Positions 60,313-64,000 of a stretch of 64,000 nucleotides of DNA are shown here, in pieces. Source of the stretch: Octopus bimaculoides (Eukaryota); the NCBI RefSeq assembly GCF_001194135.2, contig NC_068996.1, positions 50,267,985 through 50,331,984 of the forward strand. The letters run 5' to 3'. Position numbers and translations under genes: made by a program. Position 1 is the stretch's first letter, and the number at the start of each line of letters is the position of its first letter. The notes under the pieces are model-generated. The model made no database searches. It was not told the origin of the DNA and worked only from the letters and a program-made list of their open reading frames with translations.

Positions 60313-61300
60313 CTGAAATTTGCACAGAAAAGATTTCTTGGTCATATTTTTATTATTAAATGTTATCTCATTACATAAAAAAAAACAAATATATCATAGA
60401 CACAATGTGGTCGTGTGGTTAAGAAGTTGCTTCCCAATCATGGTTCAGTCCCCCTGTCTGGCACCTTCGGCAAGTGTCACCGCCTATTGTCTCAGGCCAA
60501 CCAAAGACCTGTGAATGAATTTATGAATTTGGTAGATGGAGACTGAAGGAAGCTCATTGTATGTGTATATATGTGCGTGTGTGTGTGCGAGTGTGTATGT
60601 GTGCGTGTGTGTGTATATATATATATATATATNNNNNNNNNNNNNNNNNNNNNNNNNNNNNNNNNNNNNNNNNNNNNNNNNNNNNNNNNNNNNNNNNNNN
60701 NNNNNNNNNNNNNNNNNNNNNNNNNNNNNNNNNNNNNNNNNNNNNNNNNNNNNNNNNNNNNNNNNNNNNNNNNNNNNNNNNNNNNNNNNNNNNNNNNNNN
60801 NNNNNNNNNNNNNNNNNNNNNNNNNNNNNNNNNNNNNNNNNNNNNNNNNNNNNNNNNNNNNNNNNNNNNNNNNNNNNNNNNNNNNNNNNNNNNNNNNNNN
60901 NNNNNNNNNNNNNNNNNNNNNNNNNNNNNNNNNNNNNNNNNNNNNNNNNNNNNNNNNNNNNNNNNNNNNNNNNNNNNNNNNNNNNNNNNNNNNNNNNNNN
61001 NNNNNNNNNNNNNNNNNNNNNNNGGTATGACAGACTTTATATTGAACACTCAATATTTCATCTACATTCAATACTTTCTTTCATGGTGCCATCCATTTTT
61101 ATTTTATTTTATTTTATATTGTATATTGTATATCATATTATATATTGTATATTCCATATTCTATACCCCACATTAGTTCTGCAGGAATATAAATAAAACA
61201 TAAAAAACAGACAGTGTTGGAACTCTTTTAAGCAAAATTATATATATATATATATATACATGTGTATATATACATATACAGACATATATATACACACACA

Positions 61301-61345
<45 letters not shown>

Positions 61346-62052
61346 ATATATGTGCATATCTATGTGTGTGTGTCTTTGAGTTTGTTCCCTACCATCACCT
61401 GGCAACAGGTGTTGGTTTGTTTACGTCCCTATAACTTGATGGTTCAGCAAAAAAAAAAAAAAAAAAAGGATCCAAAGAATAAGAACCAGTCTTAAAAAAA
61501 TAATCAGAATTAGGTTTGAATTCTTTGATTAAATACCCTTGAAGATACTGCTCCAGCTCAGCTGCAGCCAAATGACTGAAACAAGTAAAAGATAACGACT
61601 TAAACAGACAATATAAAGAGAAACGAGATAGTCTTGTTATTAGATGATTTCATTTCAGTGTCCTTAATTACAGAAACCTTATTCAACAGTAATGAAATAC
61701 TGCTCTCTTTTACTTGTAACTGATATGCTCTAAAAATAATTTATACAATAATTGATTTTTGAAAGCTCTAATAGTGCTGAAATATAACCAGACATTAACA
61801 TAACTCAAGTACTTAACATCTGTGAATTAGAGGATTAAAATTGCATTTTATCAATTTATCAATATAGGTGTAGGTGTGGCTGTGTGGTAAGAAGTTTGCT
61901 TTCCAACCACATGGTTCCAAGTTCAGTCCTACTACATGGCACCTTGGGCATGTGTCTTCTACTATAGCCTCAACCAAAGCCTTGTGAATGGATTTGATAG
62001 ATGGCAACTGAAGGAAGCCTGTTATGTGTGTGAATGTATATGTGTGTATATA

Positions 62053-62580
62053 CAGGGGTTGGACAAAATAATGGAAACACCTTAAAATTTCAAACAAATT
62101 TATTTTCATACGGGGTAGGTCTGCCTTTGGCAGTAATTACAGCTTGAAATCTATGAAGTATAGACTCGTACAAAGTTTGAATTGTTTCCAAGGGAATTTT
62201 TGTCCATTCTTCAGCTAAAACGGTCTCCAGTTCTTGTAGTGATGATGGTGGAGGATATCAACTCCTTACTTGTTTTTCTAAAATGCTCATAAATGTTCAA
62301 TAATATTGAGATCTGGGGACTGTGGTGGCCAGATAAGATGTTCAACTTCACTAGATTGTTCCTCGTGCCATTCAGTAAAAATTTTACCTGTGTGAATTGG
62401 TACATTATCATCCTGAAAGATTGCGTTTCCCTCCAGAAACAGTTCCACAACCACAGGATGAATTTGACAAGATAAAATGCTTAATTAGTCTTGACTATTA
62501 ATTCTGCCATGGAAGGAACCCATTGGGCCGGCAGATTTCCAAGATATAGCCCCCCCCCCATCATTACAGATCCTCCCCCA
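62053..62580 (-). mobile_element. Tc1 transposon 3' fragment
   Basis: TA-CAGGGGTTGGACAAAATAATGGAAACACC TIR; remnants WPPQSPDLNII and PPPSSLQELETVLAEEWTKIPLETIQTLYES. Confidence 0.85.
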
Positions 62581-62584
62581 TGTT

Positions 62585-62870
62585 TAGGTTCAACAATTTA
62601 TTTATACATATATTCTGCCATAGATCAATGCAGAGCAGTCTTTAAAATAAATCAATCTGTCAGTCACTAAAATATTAAAAATTCATGAATGCACAAATAT
62701 ATAAAAATCTAATATACATACATAAATAAATGAGTGAAAATAGGTTAGAACAGCGTAGTAAAAATTATTAAGAATAAAAGTATTTCCTTACAAAAAGGTG
62801 AATAAAGTAGTCTTCCAAAGAGCGAATTGATCTAAGGCAGAATATGTGTATGAATAAATTGTTGAACCTA
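62585..62870. mobile_element. MITE with about 45-bp TIRs
   Basis: TAGGTTCAACAATTTATT..ATATTCTGCC at the left end and its inverse ending at 62870. Confidence 0.65.
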
Positions 62871-63143
62871 TCTGAAACTGTCCTTAAAATTTTTTTATAT
62901 CTTTGCGTCTCAGGTCTTTTATCTGAGCACTTCTGAGTAGTGCCTATACAATAAACAAAGAAACTTTACTATATATATATATATAATGCAAGAGAGTTAG
63001 GGGTTGAGGATTCAACCCACTAAGGGATAATATATATCCAATATACTGCTGGGAGGGTACCCAATTATTGTTACACTAGTGTTATACCAAGTGCAATAAG
63101 TGGGTGCAGGTAAAAGGTATTTTTTTTACCCTAAATTTATATA

Positions 63144-63438
63144 GCAATAAGAAAATGGAGGGGAATATGAGGTACCCATCAACTTGCAGACACTGTATTC
63201 CGTTGATTAATCTGTTTATTTTATAACTAAATTGACAAAAAACACAATATACAGACACTTATGACATACCATGTCATATCAACAATTAAGATTTCAAATT
63301 TAATGGACATCTGGCAATTGGAGGTGTCTGTATATTGTCTTTTTTGTCATTTTGGTTATAAAATAAACAAATTAATCAACGGAACATAGTGTCTGCAAGT
63401 TGATGAGTACCTCATATTCCCCTCCATTTTCTTATTGC
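63144..63438. mobile_element. Foldback MITE with about 120-bp arms
   Basis: GCAATAAGAAAATGGAGG..GAATATGAGGTAC and its reverse complement. Confidence 0.75.
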
Positions 63439-63834
63439 CAAATATATATATATATATATATATATATTGTTCCCCACCACTACTTGACAAATGAGGTTGG
63501 TTTGTTTGCATCAAGATTTATAGTGCTTAATATTTAGTAGTCAATCATCAGCCATGCCAGCCTATGTGTCCATGGTAGTTACTATTCAAATCTATACTGC
63601 AATATTATCAATATTATTTCAAGATGACATTCTTCTAATATTTTACTTACTAACCATGTATTTTGAAATGTTTTATTAAAACAGTAAAAATGGAAACAAA
63701 ATATATATATAGTGGTAAGAAGCTTCCTTCCCAACCACATGGTTCTGGGTTTAGTACCACTGCATGGCACCTTGGGCAAGTGTCTGACCAAGCCTTGTGA
63801 GTGGATTTGGTAGAGGGAAACTGAAAGAAGCCTG

Positions 63835-63873
<39 letters not shown>

Positions 63874-63874
<1 letters not shown>

Positions 63875-64000
63875 TAGCAGTATAACCCGACCTTGTCCGG
63901 GTGTGACTTATTACGCCATCTACGAAAAGTCTTGCTAGCTGAAAATCAACTAAAAAAGAAAGCCTTACAACGAAAAGACCCTTATGATGTAAATATGTTC
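63874..64000 (-). mobile_element. Helitron-like 3' terminus (continues beyond the window)
   Basis: On the minus strand a CCCG..CGGG hairpin (63886-63901) lies about 8 nt before a terminal CTAG, followed by T of a (TA)n tract. Confidence 0.55.

Noticed and set aside
56010-61240. About 110-bp direct repeat at about 56010-56120 and 61130-61240
   Set aside because: A shorter related motif occurs at about 59080 and both copies abut (TA)n tracts; probably a dispersed repeat end with no specific significance.
139-61495. Many ORF-track entries rich in YI/CV/HT/L/T/M/H repeats or X runs
   Set aside because: They are translations of (TA)n, (CA)n, (TAG)n, (GAT)n microsatellites or N gaps, with no splice or homology support.
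62792-62943. 152-nt open stretch with an AG acceptor and GTAAGG donor upstream of the first modelled exon
   Set aside because: Its phase-0 end does not fit the phase-1 exon at 60312, half of it lies in a MITE, and the peptide is not OFD1-like.

Overview
AT-rich, microsatellite- and transposon-dense animal genomic DNA with several N gaps. The repeat families suggest a coleoid cephalopod, probably Octopus (inference, not proven). The window lies inside one large minus-strand gene. I reconstructed 22 GT-AG exons (919-60312, 2503 nt) whose phases chain into one open frame of about 834 codons. The product resembles OFD1 (oral-facial-digital syndrome 1, a centriolar coiled-coil protein), by comparison with the human sequence from memory. 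The N-terminal LisH exons and the last exon are outside the window or in gaps. Introns carry RTE LINE fragments and 3' ends, at least four tRNA-derived SINE families, Tc1/mariner, piggyBac-like and hAT-like elements, MITEs, a solo LTR, a Helitron end and Penelope-like (PLE) remnants. The main unexplained signal is a set of at least eight unrelated minimal type-I hammerhead ribozyme motifs. Several sit in foldback inverted repeats and one forms the tail of a tRNA-derived SINE. The intact motifs are antisense to OFD1, while sense-strand copies are mutated in the core or locked in a hairpin. All coordinates were read by eye; repeat boundaries are approximate.
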